Below are positions 39,121-52,916 of a stretch of 64,000 nucleotides of DNA, piece by piece. This DNA is from the human T2T-CHM13v2.0 reference genome, Homo sapiens: assembly GCF_009914755.1 (NCBI RefSeq), contig NC_060925.1. One strand, written 5' to 3'. Under the pieces are notes generated by a model. It had not been told where the DNA came from and made no database searches. It saw nothing but the letters and a program-made list of their open reading frames with translations. How positions within the stretch are numbered: position 1 is the stretch's first letter; every line of letters starts with the position of its first letter. A program made the position numbers and the translations under genes.

Positions 39121-40272
39121 GTAGGTTAAGTACACAATGCACATAATAGGCACTGTACAAGTGTCATTTCCCTTTTCCTCTCATATTCTATTTACCACTC
39201 TCCAGGTAATGAATATTTCCAAAGTGCCACAGGTGGCCTTTGCATTTGCCAGAAAACTCTAGCACTGAGTACAAAAACAGCAAACAAAACAAAACAAACC
39301 AACCAACAAAAAACAGCCAAACAAAAAAACGACTTTGCTGCTCGAGTTTCCTTATCTGTGCATCATGTGCAATAAGCATCATCATTATTCATCCCTGGGT
39401 ACCACACACATGGGTGAGTAAGAGGACAGTCACAACACAGTCATAAAAAGTCTTTGGGCTCTATCAAAAAGATCTGATGTAAGGTTTTTCACAACTAAGG
39501 CATACATTTGTACAGATTGAGTGACAATAGAACATGTAGAAGCCGAGGATGATGCACTTTTATTCAGTAAAGCAAGACTGGCATTGTCAAGTGGGTCCTG
39601 AGAAGTTCTAGGAACCTTGTGGTATGTTGCCATTTAATTGCATTGCACATGGACATAAAATAATTTAATGGCATTGCACATGCAATAGAAAAACAGATTG
39701 AGAGAAGCCAGTGAATGGCCTTGCCTGAGTCTTCCACAGGGTTGCTTTTCCAGGAGATTCTATTACATAGCAGACCACATTGGTGCCTACAATGAAAGGA
39801 AAATGAGTTATTCCAGTGGAGGAACTTGCCAAAGTCAATTTACCTTCTTTTAAGCATGTCTCCTTATTTCTCTTTTTTCCCACTCCTGCACCTGCTACTA
39901 AGAAAAAAACATTCTCTTTAAGCTTTATAATTAAAAAATACTTTACTGATTAAAATATTTGTTTATGTAATAACAATAATAATAACTAATTACATCCTGC
40001 CTGATGAGTTGTATATCACGTTTCAGCCAAGTAGGACTCGAAGCAGCTGAGCTATTAAATCCTGACAAGTGATAATGGAAAAGACTGCTCAGCCTTAACT
40101 ATAGTGATGCTACCAGCAGTGCTATAATCATAATTTCCTCTTTCATTAAGGACCATAATTTGCCATTGATTTTTATGTAAAACCCCATTGACTTCGATAG
40201 AAATTCCTTATGCATAGTAAAGGGAAAATATGGCCTTTGTTACTTACTTGAATGTTTCTAAAACATTTAAAC

Positions 40273-40602
40273 TTTTTTTCTTTCTTTCTTTCTCTCTCTT
40301 TCTTTTTTTCTTCTTTTTTTGAGACAGAGTCTCACTCTGTCACCCAGGCTGGAGTGCAGTGGCACGACCTTGGCTCACTGCAACCTCCACCTCCCCTGTT
40401 CAAGTGATCCTCCCACCTCAGCCTCCTGAGTAGCTGAGACTACAGGCACCCTCCGCCACGCCCAGCTAATTTTTGTATTTTTAGTAGAGACGAGGTTTCT
40501 CCATATTGGCCAAGCTTGTCTTGAACTCCTGACCTCAGGTGATTTGCCTGCCTCAGCCTCCCAAAGTGCTGGGATTATAGGCAGGAGCCACAGTGCCCAG
40601 CC
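40273..40602 (-). mobile_element. AluS, antisense, with (CTTT)n tail
   Basis: Reverse complement of an Alu dimer. Confidence 0.94.
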
Positions 40603-42328
40603 TGAACTTTTATTCTTTACAAGAGCACACAGTATGATTGGGGGCCATGCACACACATTTTCGTCCTGTTCTTCGCATCTTTTTTTCTGTTAGAAAGTAT
40701 ACATAAAATTCCTGCAATTTTTCTTGAAATGTTTATTACTTTTTGAAATACGTTTGTATAGAATCATATTCCCAAAATAAATATAGCACAGGAAACATCT
40801 GTTTGAAGATAGGCAAGTTCAAGAGAATAATCTTTTCCCACATTTCATGCCACATTTTGCTCTATTTTATTATTGTTTTTGTTTGTGTGTATGTTTGCAT
40901 GTTTGATAATGTCTGAAGTCTGTTAATTTCTTGAAGATGTTGAAACATGCTAGAAAAGAGGCTAATTCCCTTTTATCCCAACTATCCACTTACCACTCAA
41001 GTCACACACCCATCCCCACTCCACCTTCTTGCTCCCCTGCCAGATATAGACTCGGGCACTTACACCCCTTCTATTACCCAGGAACAACCACATTTATTAT
41101 CAGGCAAGCATAATGCTACAAATTCCATAATAACCAGCATGTAACCATTTCATGCTTTAGGCCCATTTTCACTTGCCATCAAAGCAGTAGAGCTGGAAAA
41201 TGGTGAGTTATTCAATCTCTTGTCAGTATTCCTTATTTCTTTCTTTTCTATCTTTTTTTTCCTGGTAAGAGCTTGATGCTGGAGAGAACTGGACCCCTGC
41301 CACCTTGCTAAGTAAAAGCGATTGCTTGGACAATCTTCTTTGTCCTTCAGTGGGAGGGAGCACCCTGTCTCTGTCACTTACTGAGCATCATGGAAGAAGG
41401 TCCTGGGCATTGTGCTTGGCTGTGGGTTCCACCTTTAGGAGTGGAGTTGATTCCAGGCTCATGCAGTCTTGTGGAAAAATGAAACATGATTCCCTGTTGT
41501 TTATGATTTTTTTTTTTAAAGCAAAGCATGCCCAAGCTGTTAGAATTCACTGTGGTTTCAGGAGTATCAATCATTGTGTGAATAGGGAGTTCCAGTTCCA
41601 CTACAATCTTACCTGGTAAATGTAGTAACCCAACCACTCTGGGAAAAGTCACTGACTATTACAAGCTGAGGGCTGAGAATCACCATGTCTGCTTATCAAA
41701 CCAACCCCAAATTTAAGTGCCAAATAATAGCTTATGCTTGCCCACTTGTCCATGGATACCCTGGGGGTTATAGGCAGATCTAGGGCGAATGCAATTGTGT
41801 GGCTCTGCTTCAACCTTTAGCTCAAGTTGGAATTGGCTACTTTTATTTTTTAAACTTTCATTGTAAGTTCAGGGGTACATGTGCAGGTTTGCTATATAGG
41901 TAAACTGTGTGTTGCAGGAGTTTGAGATACAAATTATTTTGTCACCCAGTTAATAAGCATAGTACCCAATAGGGAGTTTTTCAATCCTCAACCTCCTCCC
42001 ACCCTACACCCTCAGGGAGGCCCTGGTGTCTGTTGTTCCCTTCTTTGTGTCCATATGTTTTGAATGTTTAGCTTCCAATTACAAGTGAGAACATGTGATA
42101 TTTGGTTTTCTGCGCTGACATTAGTTTTCTTAGGATAATGGCTTCCAGTTCCATCCATGTTGCTGCAATGGACATGATCTCATTTTTTTATGGTGCATAT
42201 GTACCATATTTTCTTTATCCAGTCTACCATTGATGGGCATTTAGGTTGAGTCCATGTCTTTGCTATTGCTAATAGTGCTGCAATTAACATATGCGTGCAT
42301 ATGTCTTTATGGTAGAATAATTTATATT

Positions 42329-42373
42329 TCTTCAGTCCAATGACCTCCCAACTGAGCTATCTCAGCTTACTGT
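42329..42373 (-). pseudogene. Tailless 5'-half tRNA-Phe(GAA) retrocopy
   Basis: The - strand GCTGAGATAGCTCAGTTGGGAGGTCATTGGACTGAAGA matches tRNA-Phe nt 1-38 at 32/38; perfect 14-bp TSD gaataatttatatt at 42315 and 42374. Confidence 0.88.
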
Positions 42374-45187
42374 GAATAATTTATATTCCTTTGGGTATAT
42401 ACCCAATAATGGAATTGCTGGGTCAAATGGCAATTCTGTTTTAAGTTATTTGATAAATTGCCTAACTTCTTTCCAGAACGGCTGAACTAGTTTACATTCC
42501 CACCAGCAATGCACAAGCATTGCATTTTCTCCACAACCTCACCAGTATCTGTTATTTTTTGACTTTTTAGTAATAGTCATTCTGATGGGTGTAAGATGTT
42601 ATCTCACTGTGGTTTTTGATTTACATTTTTCTGATTAGTGATATTGAGCATTTTTTCATATGCTTGTTGGCTGCATGTATGTCTTCTTTTGAAAAGTGTC
42701 TGTTCATGTCCTTTGCCCACTTTTTAATGGGTTTGTTTGTTTTTTGCTTAACTTGTTTAAGTTTCTTATAGATTCTGGATGCTAGATCTTTGTTAATGTA
42801 CAGCTTGCAAATATTTTCTCCCATTCTGTAGGTTGTCTGTTTACTCTGTTGATAGTTTCTCTTGCTGTGCAGAAGCTCTTTAGTTTAACTGGATCTCATT
42901 TGCCAATTTTTGTTTTTGTTGCAATTGCTTTTGGCATCTTTGTCATGAAGTCTTTATCGGGTCCTATATCCAGAATGGTACTAGGTTATCTTCTGGAATT
43001 TGTATAGCTTTTCGTTTTAGATTTAAGTTTTTAATGTATCTCGAATTAATTTTTGTAGGTGGTGTAAAGAAGAGGTCTACTTTCAATCTTCTGCATATGG
43101 CTAGTCAATTATCCCAGTACCATTTATTGAATAGGGAATCCTTTCATCTTTGCTTATTTTTGCTGATTTTGTCAAATTTCAGATGGTTGTAGGTGTGTGA
43201 CACTTATTTTTGGGATCTCCATTCTGTCCACATTGGTCTATGTGTCTTTTTTTGTACCAGTTCCATGTTGTTTTGTTATTGTAGCCTTGTAGTATAGTAT
43301 GAAGTCAGGTAACATAATGCCCCCAGCTTTGTTCTTGTCTAGGATTGCCTTGCTAGGCAAGCTCTTTTTTGGTTCCATATAAATTTTAAAATAGTTTTTA
43401 TCTAGTTTATGAAGAATTGGCAGTTTTATAGGAATAACATTTAATCTAAATTGCTTTGGGCAGTATGGCCATTTTGATAATATTGATTCTTCCAATCCAT
43501 GAGCATGAAATGTTCTTTCATTTGTTTGTGTCATCCCTGATTTCTTTGAGCAGTGTCTTGTAATTCTCACTGTAGAGGTCTTTCATCTCTTTGGTTAGCT
43601 GCATTCCTAGGTATTTTTTCTTTCTGTGGCTATTGTGAATGAGACTGCACTCTTGATTTGGCTCTCAGTTTGAATATTGTTGGTGTATAGAAATGCTACT
43701 GATTTTTGTACATTGATATGTATCCTGAAATTTTGTTGAAGTTGTGTATCAGATCAAGGAGCTTTTGGCAGAGACTATGGGTTTTTTTGGCATAGTATAT
43801 CAACCACAAACAGGGATAGTTTGACTTCCTGTCTTCCTACTTGGCTGCCTTTTATTTCTTTCTTTTGCCTGAATGATCTAGCCAGAACTTCCAATACTAT
43901 GTTGAATAGGTGTGGTGATAGAGGGCACTCTTGTCTTGTTCTGGTTTTCAAAGGGACTGCCTCCAGCTTTTGTCTATTCAGTATGATGTTAGTTGTGGGT
44001 TTGTCATAGACGGCTCTTCTTATTTGGAAGTATGTTCCTTCAATGCCTAGTTTTTTGAGGGCTTTTAACAACAAGGGATGTTGAATTTTATCAGAGGTCT
44101 GTTGTGTATCTATTGGGATAATAATGTGGTTTTTGCTTTTAGTTCTATTTATGTGGTGAATAAGATTTATTGATTTACATATGTTGGACCAACTTTGTAT
44201 CTCAGGGATAAAGCCTACTTGATCATGGTGGATTAGCTTTTTGATGTGTTGCTGGATTTAGTATACTAGTATTTTGTTGAGGATTTATGCAGCTATGTTC
44301 ATCAAGGATATTGGCCTGAAGTTGTCTTTTGTTGTTGTGTCTCTGCCAGATTTTGATATCAGGTTGATGCTTGCCTCATAGAATGAGTTAGGGAGCAGTT
44401 CTTCCTCCTCAATGTTTTGGATTAGTTACACTAGGAATAGTTCCAACTTTTCCTTATATGTCTGGTAGAATTTTGCTATGAATCCATCTGGTCCTGAAAT
44501 TTTACTAGTAGGCTATTTTTACTGATTCAATTTTGAAACCCATTATTGGTCTATTCAAGAATTCAGTCTTTTCCTGATTAAATCTTGGGAGGTTGTATGT
44601 TTCCAGGAACTTAGTCATTTCTTCTAGGATCTCTAACTTGAGTGCACAGAGGTGTTTGTAATAGTCTTTGACAGTTTTTTTATTTCTGTGGGGTCAGTGG
44701 TAACATCCCCTTTGTCATTTCTGATTGTGTTTATTTGTATCTTCACCCTCTCTCTTTTAAATTAGTCTAGCTAGTGGTCTATCTATCTTATTAATTCTTT
44801 CAAAGAGACAGCTCCTGGTTTAATTGATCTTTCATATGTTTTTACATGTTTCAATTTCCTTTAGTTCAGCTCTGATTTTGGTTATTTCTTGTCTTCTGCT
44901 AGCTTTGGGGTTATTTTATTCTTGTTTCTCTAGTTCCTCTAGATGTGATGTTAGATTATTAATTTCAGATCTTTCCGACTTTTAGATGTGACCATATAGT
45001 GCTATAAACTTCCCTCTTAGCACTGCTTTGGCTATATTACAGAGATTCTAGCATGTTGTATCTTTTTTTTCTTATTAGTTTTAAAGGATTTCTTGATTTC
45101 TGCCTTAATTTCATTATTTATCTAGAAGTCACTTAGGAGCATGTTGTTTAATTTCCATTTAATTGTATGGTTTTGAGTGATTTTCTT

Positions 45188-46225
45188 TTTTTTCTTTTAT
45201 ATCTATACTTATTATACTTTAAGTTCTAGGGTACATGTGCACAACATGCAGGTTTGTTACGTATGTATACATGTGCCATGTTGGTGTGCTGCACCCATTA
45301 ACTTGTCATTTACATTGGGAATATCTCCTAATGCTATCCCTCCCCCCTCTCCCCACCCCACAACAGGCCCCAGTGTGTGATGCTCCCCTTCCTGTGTCCA
45401 AGTGTTCTCATTGTTCAATTCCCACCTATAGGTGAGAACATGTGGTGTTTGGTTTTTTGTCTTTGCAATAGTTTGCTGAGAATGATGGTTTCCAGCTTCA
45501 TCCATGTCCCTGTAAAGGACATGAACTCATCATTTTTTATGGCTGCATACTATTCCATGGTGTATATGTGCCACATTTTCTTAATCCAGTCTATCGTTGA
45601 TGGACATTTGGGTTGGTTCCAAGTCTTTGCTATTGTGAGTAATGCCACAATAGACATACGTGTGTATGTGTCTTTATAGCAGCATGATTTATAATCCTTT
45701 GGGTATATACCCAGTAATGGGATGGCTGGGTCAAATGGTATTTCTAGTTCTAGATCCCTGAGGAATCGCCACACTGTCTTCCACAATGGTTGTGGCAGCC
45801 TCGCTGCCACCTTGCAGTTGGATCTCAGACTGCTGTGCTAGCAATGAGCGAGGCTCTGTGGGCGTGGGACCCTCCGAGCCAGGCGCAGGATGTAATCTCC
45901 TGGAGTGCCGTTTGCTAAGACCATTGGATAAGCGCAGTATTAGGTTGGGAGTGACCCAATTTTCCAGGTGCTGTCTGTCACAGCTTTGCTTGGCTATGAA
46001 AGGGAATTCCCTGACCCCTTGCACTTCCTGGGTGAGGTGATACCTCGCCCTGCTTCGGCTAATGGTCTGTGCACTGCACCCACTGTCCTGCACCCACTGT
46101 CTGACAAGCCCCAGTGAGATGAACCCAGTACCTCAGTTGGAAATGCAGAAATCACCCATCTTCTGCATCACTCACGCTGGGAGCTATAGACTGGAGCTGT
46201 TCCTATTCAGCCATCTTGGAACCAC
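45188..46225 (-). mobile_element. Younger L1PA (PA4-7 type), 5'UTR fused directly to the 3' end
   Basis: Perfect 20-bp TSD tggttttgagtgattttctt at 45168 and 46226; junction at 45792/45796. Confidence 0.92.
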
Positions 46226-49200
46226 TGGTTTTGAGTGATTTTCTTAGCATTGATTTCTATTTTTATTGCACTTTGGTCTGAGGGTGTGGTTGGTACAATT
46301 TTTTAAAATATTTGTTGAGGGTTGTTTTATGCCCAATTGTGTTGTCTACTTTAGAGTATGTGCCATGTGCAGATGAGAAGAATGTATACTCTGTTGTTTT
46401 TGGGTGGAGAGTTCTGTAGATGTCTATTAGGTTCATTTACTCAAGTGTTGAGTTAAGGTCCCAAATATCTTTGTAGTTTTCTGCCTCAATGATCTGTCTA
46501 ATACTGTCAGTGGGGAGCTAAAGTCTCCCACTATTATTGTGTGGTTATCTAAATGTCTTCATAGATCTCTAAGAACTTACTTTATGTATCTAGGTGTTCC
46601 TGTGTTGAGTGTGTATATATTTAAGATAGTTAGGTTTTCTTGATGAATTGAGCCCTTTATCATCATGTACTTCCCTTCTTTGTCTTTTTTGATCTTTGTT
46701 AATTTAAAGTCCATGTTGTCTGAAATTAGAATAGCAACATCTGCTTTTCCTTTTTTTCCATTTGCTTGGTAGACTTTTCTCCACCCCTTTATTTTGAGCT
46801 TATGGGTGTCATTGTATGTGAGATGGGTCTCTTGAAGACAGCATACCACTGGGTTTTGCTTCTTTATCCAACTTTCCATTCTGTGCCTTAAATTGGGGCA
46901 TTTAGCCCATTTACACCAAAGGTTAGTATTGATATGTGTGTATGTGTTACTGACATCATGATATTAGCTGGTTATTATGAGACTTATTTGTGTGGTTGCT
47001 TTATAGTGTCACTGATTTATATACTTGTGTATGTTTGTAGTGACTGGTAACAGTCTTTCCTTTCCATATTTAGCACTCTTTTCAGGACCTCTTGTAAGGC
47101 AGCTCTGATGGTAATGAATTCCTTTAGCATTTGCTTATCTGAAAAGGATCTTATTTCTTCTTTGCTTATAAAGCTTAGTTTGGCCAGATATGAAATTCTT
47201 AGTTGAAAATTCTTTCTTTAAGAATGCTGAATATAGGCCCCCAATCTCTTCTGGCTTGTAGGATTTATGCTGACAGGTCTGCTGTCAGCCTGATGTGTTT
47301 ACCTTTGTAGGTGACCTGCCCCTTGTCTCTAGCTGCCTTTAACACTTTTTTTTTTTATTAAGATGATGGAGAATCTGATGACTATGTCAGATTCTTCTAC
47401 GTCAGATGGTCTTATTGTATAGTATTTTGCAGGGGTTCTGTACATTTCCTGAATTTGAATGTTGGCTTTGCTAGCAAGATTGGAGAAATTTTCATGATGA
47501 TATCCTGAAATATGTTTTCCAAGTTTCTTCATTTCTTTTTCTGTCTCATAGGCATGCCAATGAGTTGTAGATTGTGTGTTTTTACATAATCCCTTATTTC
47601 TCAAAGGTTTGGTTCATTCTTCTTTGTTGTTTTTTTTTATTTTTCTCTGACTGAGTTATTTCAGAGAGCCAGTCTTCAAGCTTTGAGATTCTTTGCTCAG
47701 CTTGGTCAATTCTGCTGTTAATACTTGCAATTGCATTTTGAAATTCTTGTAGAGTTTTTCAGCTCTATCAGATCAATTTGGCTCTTTCTTACAACAGCCA
47801 TTTCATCTATCAGCTCTTGTATTGTTTTATTGTAATTCTTAGATTCCTTTGATTGGATTTCAACTTTCTCCTGTATGTTGCTCATCTTCCTTCATGTCCA
47901 TATTCTGAATTCTATTTCTGTCATTTTAGCCATCTCATCCTGGTTAGGAACCATTGATGAGGAACTTGTGTCATTGTTTAGGGGTAAGAAGACACTTTGG
48001 CTTTTTGAGTTGCCAGAATTCTTGTGCTTGTTCTTTCTCATCTTTGTGAGCTGATGTTCCTTCAATATTTGAAGTTGGCGACACTTGCATTTTATTTTCT
48101 TTTATCCTATTAAACATCCTTGAGGGCTTGATCACTATATAAACTGGGTTCAATAGCCTGGCTTCATTTCTGGAGGATTTTAGGGGGCCAAGTCTCAGCT
48201 CAGAACTGCTGAACTACATGCTCTAACTCTGAGTGGCTGGTACAGGGCCCCAGATTTATTCTGTGGCCCCTGGAGGTTAGAAACCTGTGTGCTAGAGGTT
48301 GATCTGACTGCAGATCATAACACTCTGATGGGGTCCTCAGTCATAGTGCTTTATAGGGTGGTGGCAGTAGGATCCATTCTCTATTGCACATGCCAACAGC
48401 AGCTGCAGTGCTGCAGAATGCATGCTCATTGGCATGCATGCTCCAGAGAGGTGATGGAGGGTATTCCCAGAGGTGGTGGCAGCACAATGCAGTGGAGCAG
48501 GGAGCCAGGGGTGGCAGGAAGCCCCACTGACATCAGTACATGCATTCAAGATGGCAGCAGTGTTAGCGAGAGGGCTGGCAGAGTGCTGGTGACATGGAAC
48601 TGTGTGTGCCCTCTGTGCCTGGCTTCACGAGGGTAACAGCTGTCTCTGGGGGTGGGGGCAGATTTGCTTGTCTTCCTTCCTAGTTTTCCATGCAGGCCGT
48701 GTCTACTCAGGGCAGAGGTGCTGGTGGGCAAGGGGCTAGCAGTTTCCATGCCTGTGAACCCCTCCAATAGTAATGGCCAGGTGGAAGGGTTGGGGTTGGG
48801 AGGGGCATTGGAAGGGGAATTTGGGAGGGTTGGAGGGGTGGGGTGCACTCAGGCCAGCAGCTGTGGCATGATGGGGTGCATGGGCACATGTGTGCTGATG
48901 GGAAAGGGAGACAAAGTCCACCTGTGAGAACTGCCTGCAGCAAAGTAATGTCAAGGTGGCCATGGGTGAGGCAGGCAAAGTGGTTCTGGGGAGGCTGTGG
49001 TGGGGGGAGGGTGTAGTGCGGGGAGGGTGCGGTGGGCTGGTGGGTGTCATCAGGTGCATGCTACTGGAGCTCTCTGCTGGTCAAGTAAAGTCACCAGAGC
49101 AGTAGCTATGATGTGGGCTCCTAGGAGGCCCCCTACCTGGGCATCCGAGGCTACACTGCAAGCAGGCACTGCCAGACTGCTCTCACAGACCCCTGCACAA

Positions 49201-52016
49201 CTAAAGAGGCCAGTGGACTCAGGGGTGCTTAGGTCGAACTGACCTCCTCTCATAGGCAATACCACCCTGCAGTGTTCAAGTCCAACAGCTTCCCTAGGGC
49301 TGAAGTCTAGGGAAGAAAGGTGAGCCTTGGGATACAGACATCCCCAGTAGTGCTCCACTACAGACACTCTTGCACCAACCTCACTGGGCTCCACACTGGT
49401 TGGAGTTTTGCTCCCATCACTTCTCTAAGCAGCTCTCCTCACCAGCCCAGGGGGCCATAGTGTCTCCTGCTGGCAGGATTCCAGAGGCCTGTGGCCCGAG
49501 CAGGTTACTCTCCTTGCTTTCTCAACTCACCCATTGCCCAGGAGTCCTTGGGGGCTAGGAACAAATCCCAGTGTATTATAGCCCCATGCAGAGTTCCCAG
49601 CTTCCTCCCGCTTTAGCTTGGCATCTGTGTCTTCACTCTGTCCACTCTCAATGCCTTCCCTCTGAAGATCTGCTAGGAGTGTACCAGTCTTCCTAGTGTC
49701 CCAGTCCCTTGGTGGCAGATGTTCCTCCCAGCTGCATCTGTTTGGCCACTTGCCTCTTACCTCCAGAACTGGCTCCTTTAGAGAGTTAAGCCCACATCTG
49801 CTTCACCTGTGTTTATTCTGGGCCCAGGTTGAAGGGATACAGATGCTCTGGGGATGCTCTTGTTATGGTGATATCAGAGGCAAAGGAATGCAACACCAAT
49901 TCTTGCTCCCAAGCATCTGGCAAGTGTCTTTTTGTGTGTCATATCTGGTAATAACTTGTTTATCAAAACAAGATGTGTGGTTTATTCTGAAGTTAAGGTG
50001 CAGGAGAGAAGTGTGTCTCTTCCTTCGAGGTGGAGAAGGGGAGAGGAGTAATTATTTGTGAACAATAAGAATAAAAACAGATTTTTTCTAGATGTTTACA
50101 TTTCCATTTTATACATTGGTACATCCAGAAAGGAGGGTTTCAATAGAATAAATTTTGGAGGGAATATTTTGAATTGTGGAAATGGGGTGGTAAGGAAAAA
50201 TGAAAATCAAGGTTTCAAAGTGGTAATTAAGTGAACACCATGGAAAACATTCTTACATTGATTTAATTGTTTCTTTCTTTCTCATCTAATGTCTTGATAA
50301 TATTTGTTGATGAGGTAAAGCATTTTAGGCATTACTGCTGGGGTCCAGACAGGCTAGATGCATGCAAAAAATTAGAAGTAGAATCTCTGAGTGAAACAGT
50401 TCTATCTCATTTCATGTAATGTCTTATCAAAAAGGGAAGCAGAGCAGATATTGATTTTTACAGAATAAAAAGTCATTTATGCAAAAATATAACTGAGTTT
50501 CCTATAACCAATCTTAATTTTCATCTCAAGCCATATTCCCATCTGATGGAAGGTAAGATGTTTGGTTTTCCTCTTATACTTGCAGTTAAACTCAGTCAAA
50601 TTTAGAGATTTTTTTTTCATTTCAATTTTAAACTAAAACGAAATCAAGATTTTTCCTTTCCTCTTTCTTCCCTTTGATTATAATTCTCAGTCCTGGGGCA
50701 ATGACCTGATGTTGTAGTGTCAATGGACAGAGGGACCCTCCCTGTGCTGGCATCTGTTGAGATGTTCAAACCATCTGTTGGGCCCTTTACGTCATCTGAG
50801 TTTGGAATTCAAGTGTACGACATTGGTCTGCAGACAAATTCTTCCATCTTAACTCTGAGAATCTTTATTTTGGCACAGCTCATTTCTATAAACTCATGCA
50901 ATACAAGAGAAATACAAAGCAAGAAAAACATTCTGCAAACCTCAGACTCCTGTTGGGCTGGGCTGGCACTCTGTGAGTGTGCACTCTTCATGGGCATTTC
51001 TACGCAGCTGCTCTCGCTGCTCCCCTCTGCTGTCCCCCATGACCCCAGAAGGGCAACAAGAAATATAGATCTCTGCTCACAGGTCCCCAACTTATCTTGG
51101 CTTTAAATCATTCCTCCCCAGGGACTCAAGATAGAAGGCAGGGTGCAAGACACTTGGTCCAGTGACTAAGGCCCGTTCTCATCCAGCTCTTTTTCCTTTC
51201 AAGTTTAGATGATCTTTATTAAGTAGGATATGGAGGCAGGGGAAACAGTGTTACCTTATTATTATTTTAAATAATTCTGTTCTTACCCAGGGATTTACCA
51301 AAGGATTGGTTTGACCTTTAAAAGCAAGAATTTTACATTTTTCTTCTCTATTATGACTTGCCCCTATGGTAATGAGCTACCCTAAGGAAAGATGATCACA
51401 AGGCAAAAAGGAAGAGAGAGAAAAACATGCCAGTTAATATAGTACCATATCAACCCATCTTAGCACTTTTAGGAGATGAGAAAAATAATATTTCGACAAT
51501 AATGGTTTACAGCAGTAAGACTCTGTTGTTTTCAAGTATTTTCACATCATCTCATTTAATTCTCACAATGGCTCTCTGGGGCTGGGCTCATTTGCAGATG
51601 TGGAAGTGTAGTTATATTTTCATTTAATATGCTGTGTCTCCTGGGACTGTTGCTTTAGTAGGGTTAGGAAATACAAGTATACATGCAGCTGAAGTTTCCT
51701 TGGAGAAAATCCTGCACCTTTTTAAATATATTTTTTTCTTAATTTTAAATTTGAAATTGTTAGATAGCATTGTACGTTTCTTGAGGCTTTGCCAGGTGTA
51801 CAGAAAGATATAGATGCAGATATTTAGCTTTGCTCAGAAAACTTCAAGGAATCAACACAAAAGTCTACGTAAGTTCACAAGAATACCATTCTTTCTTCTC
51901 TACTTTGTGTTTGCTCACAATATTAGCTTATACAGTGGGGTGCTCCAGCTGAGCTTAAACCTAGATTCAGAGCTGTTGGTCAGCTGACATATTGGCCCAG
52001 GGCTCCAAAGCTCCAT

Positions 52017-52209
52017 TTTGCCTGAGTGGATATAGGATAAAGAAGGTACTTTTATCCTACAGCACTTATGAAACTTCTCAGAAGGAAGCTTCTACGAAAG
52101 AAGCTTTATAAGCTTTGCCTGAGTGGATATAGGATAAAGAAGGTACTTTTATCCTGCAGCACTTATGAAACTTCTCAGAAGGAAGCTTCTACGAAAGAAG
52201 CTTTATAAG
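52017..52209. repeat. Tandem duplication with 97-bp period (96-bp copies, one mismatch)
   Basis: 52017-52112 and 52114-52209 differ only at 52059(a)/52156(g). Confidence 0.96.
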
Positions 52210-52665
52210 AGCTGGAAGATAGAAGTAGGAGAGACAAGAAAATGGAATAGGATGAAGCAATAAGATGAAAGGGATTAATTACAAGGTGCTGTGTCTATTT
52301 CCCAGTCCTGCCCTTTTGACTAGTTCTGAACCTTAGAGAAAGAGAGCTGTAATTAAAAAATGGAAGGAGCTCTTGTCAGGAGGGACTTTATGAGATTCTG
52401 CTCCAGGTCTCAGGTGATAAAATATACAGAATGAGGAGAGGTTGTTCTCTCAGTATCTGCCTGTAGCAGCCTGGCTTTATCTTAGACAACACTCAGAAGA
52501 TGCAATTGTGAGCACAGCTTAATAGTTTTCATGAAAGTCCATCCTGGGTTCAGCCTCTTGCATAGTTATAGAGGCTGAAAAGGCTGTGAGGAAAAATGGG
52601 AAGAAAAGCTCATCATAGTTTCACAGAAAGGGAAGCAAATCATTTTCTTTTCTTAAAAACTGAAT

Positions 52666-52916
52666 GGATCATTTGAGGTCAGGAGTTTGAGACCAGCCTG
52701 GTCAACATGGTGAAACCCTGTCTCTACTAAAAGTCCAAAAAATAGCCAGGCATGGTGGCGAGCGCCTGTAATCCCAGCTACTCAGTAGGCTGAGGCAGGA
52801 GAATCACTTGAACTCAGGAGGCGGAGGTGGCAGTGAGCCGATATTGCGCCACTGCACTCCAGCCTGGGCAACAGAGAGAGACTCTGTCTCAAAACAAAAC
52901 AAAACAAAACAAAAAA
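52666..52916 (+). mobile_element. 5'-truncated AluS
   Basis: Starts ggatcatttgaggtcaggag; (CAAAA)n tail. Confidence 0.92.

Larger units (their letters stand above)
41844..49765 (-). mobile_element. Essentially full-length old primate L1 (L1PA13-16 type) with nested insertions
   Basis: 3' end near 41850; ORF2 RT and EN peptides (ORFs 43775-44074 and 46577-46879); ORF1 remnant at ~47.1-48.1 kb; GC-rich 5'UTR; 14-bp TSD (12/14) gaattggctacttt (41830) / gaactggctccttt (49766). Confidence 0.9.

Noticed and set aside
48289-49558. Cluster of overlapping 70-115 aa ORFs
   Set aside because: They fall inside the 5'UTR of the full-length L1.
50717-51106. 129-aa ORF (and the 136-aa ORF at 60067-60477)
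   Set aside because: Non-ATG starts, no family resemblance and no evident splice structure.
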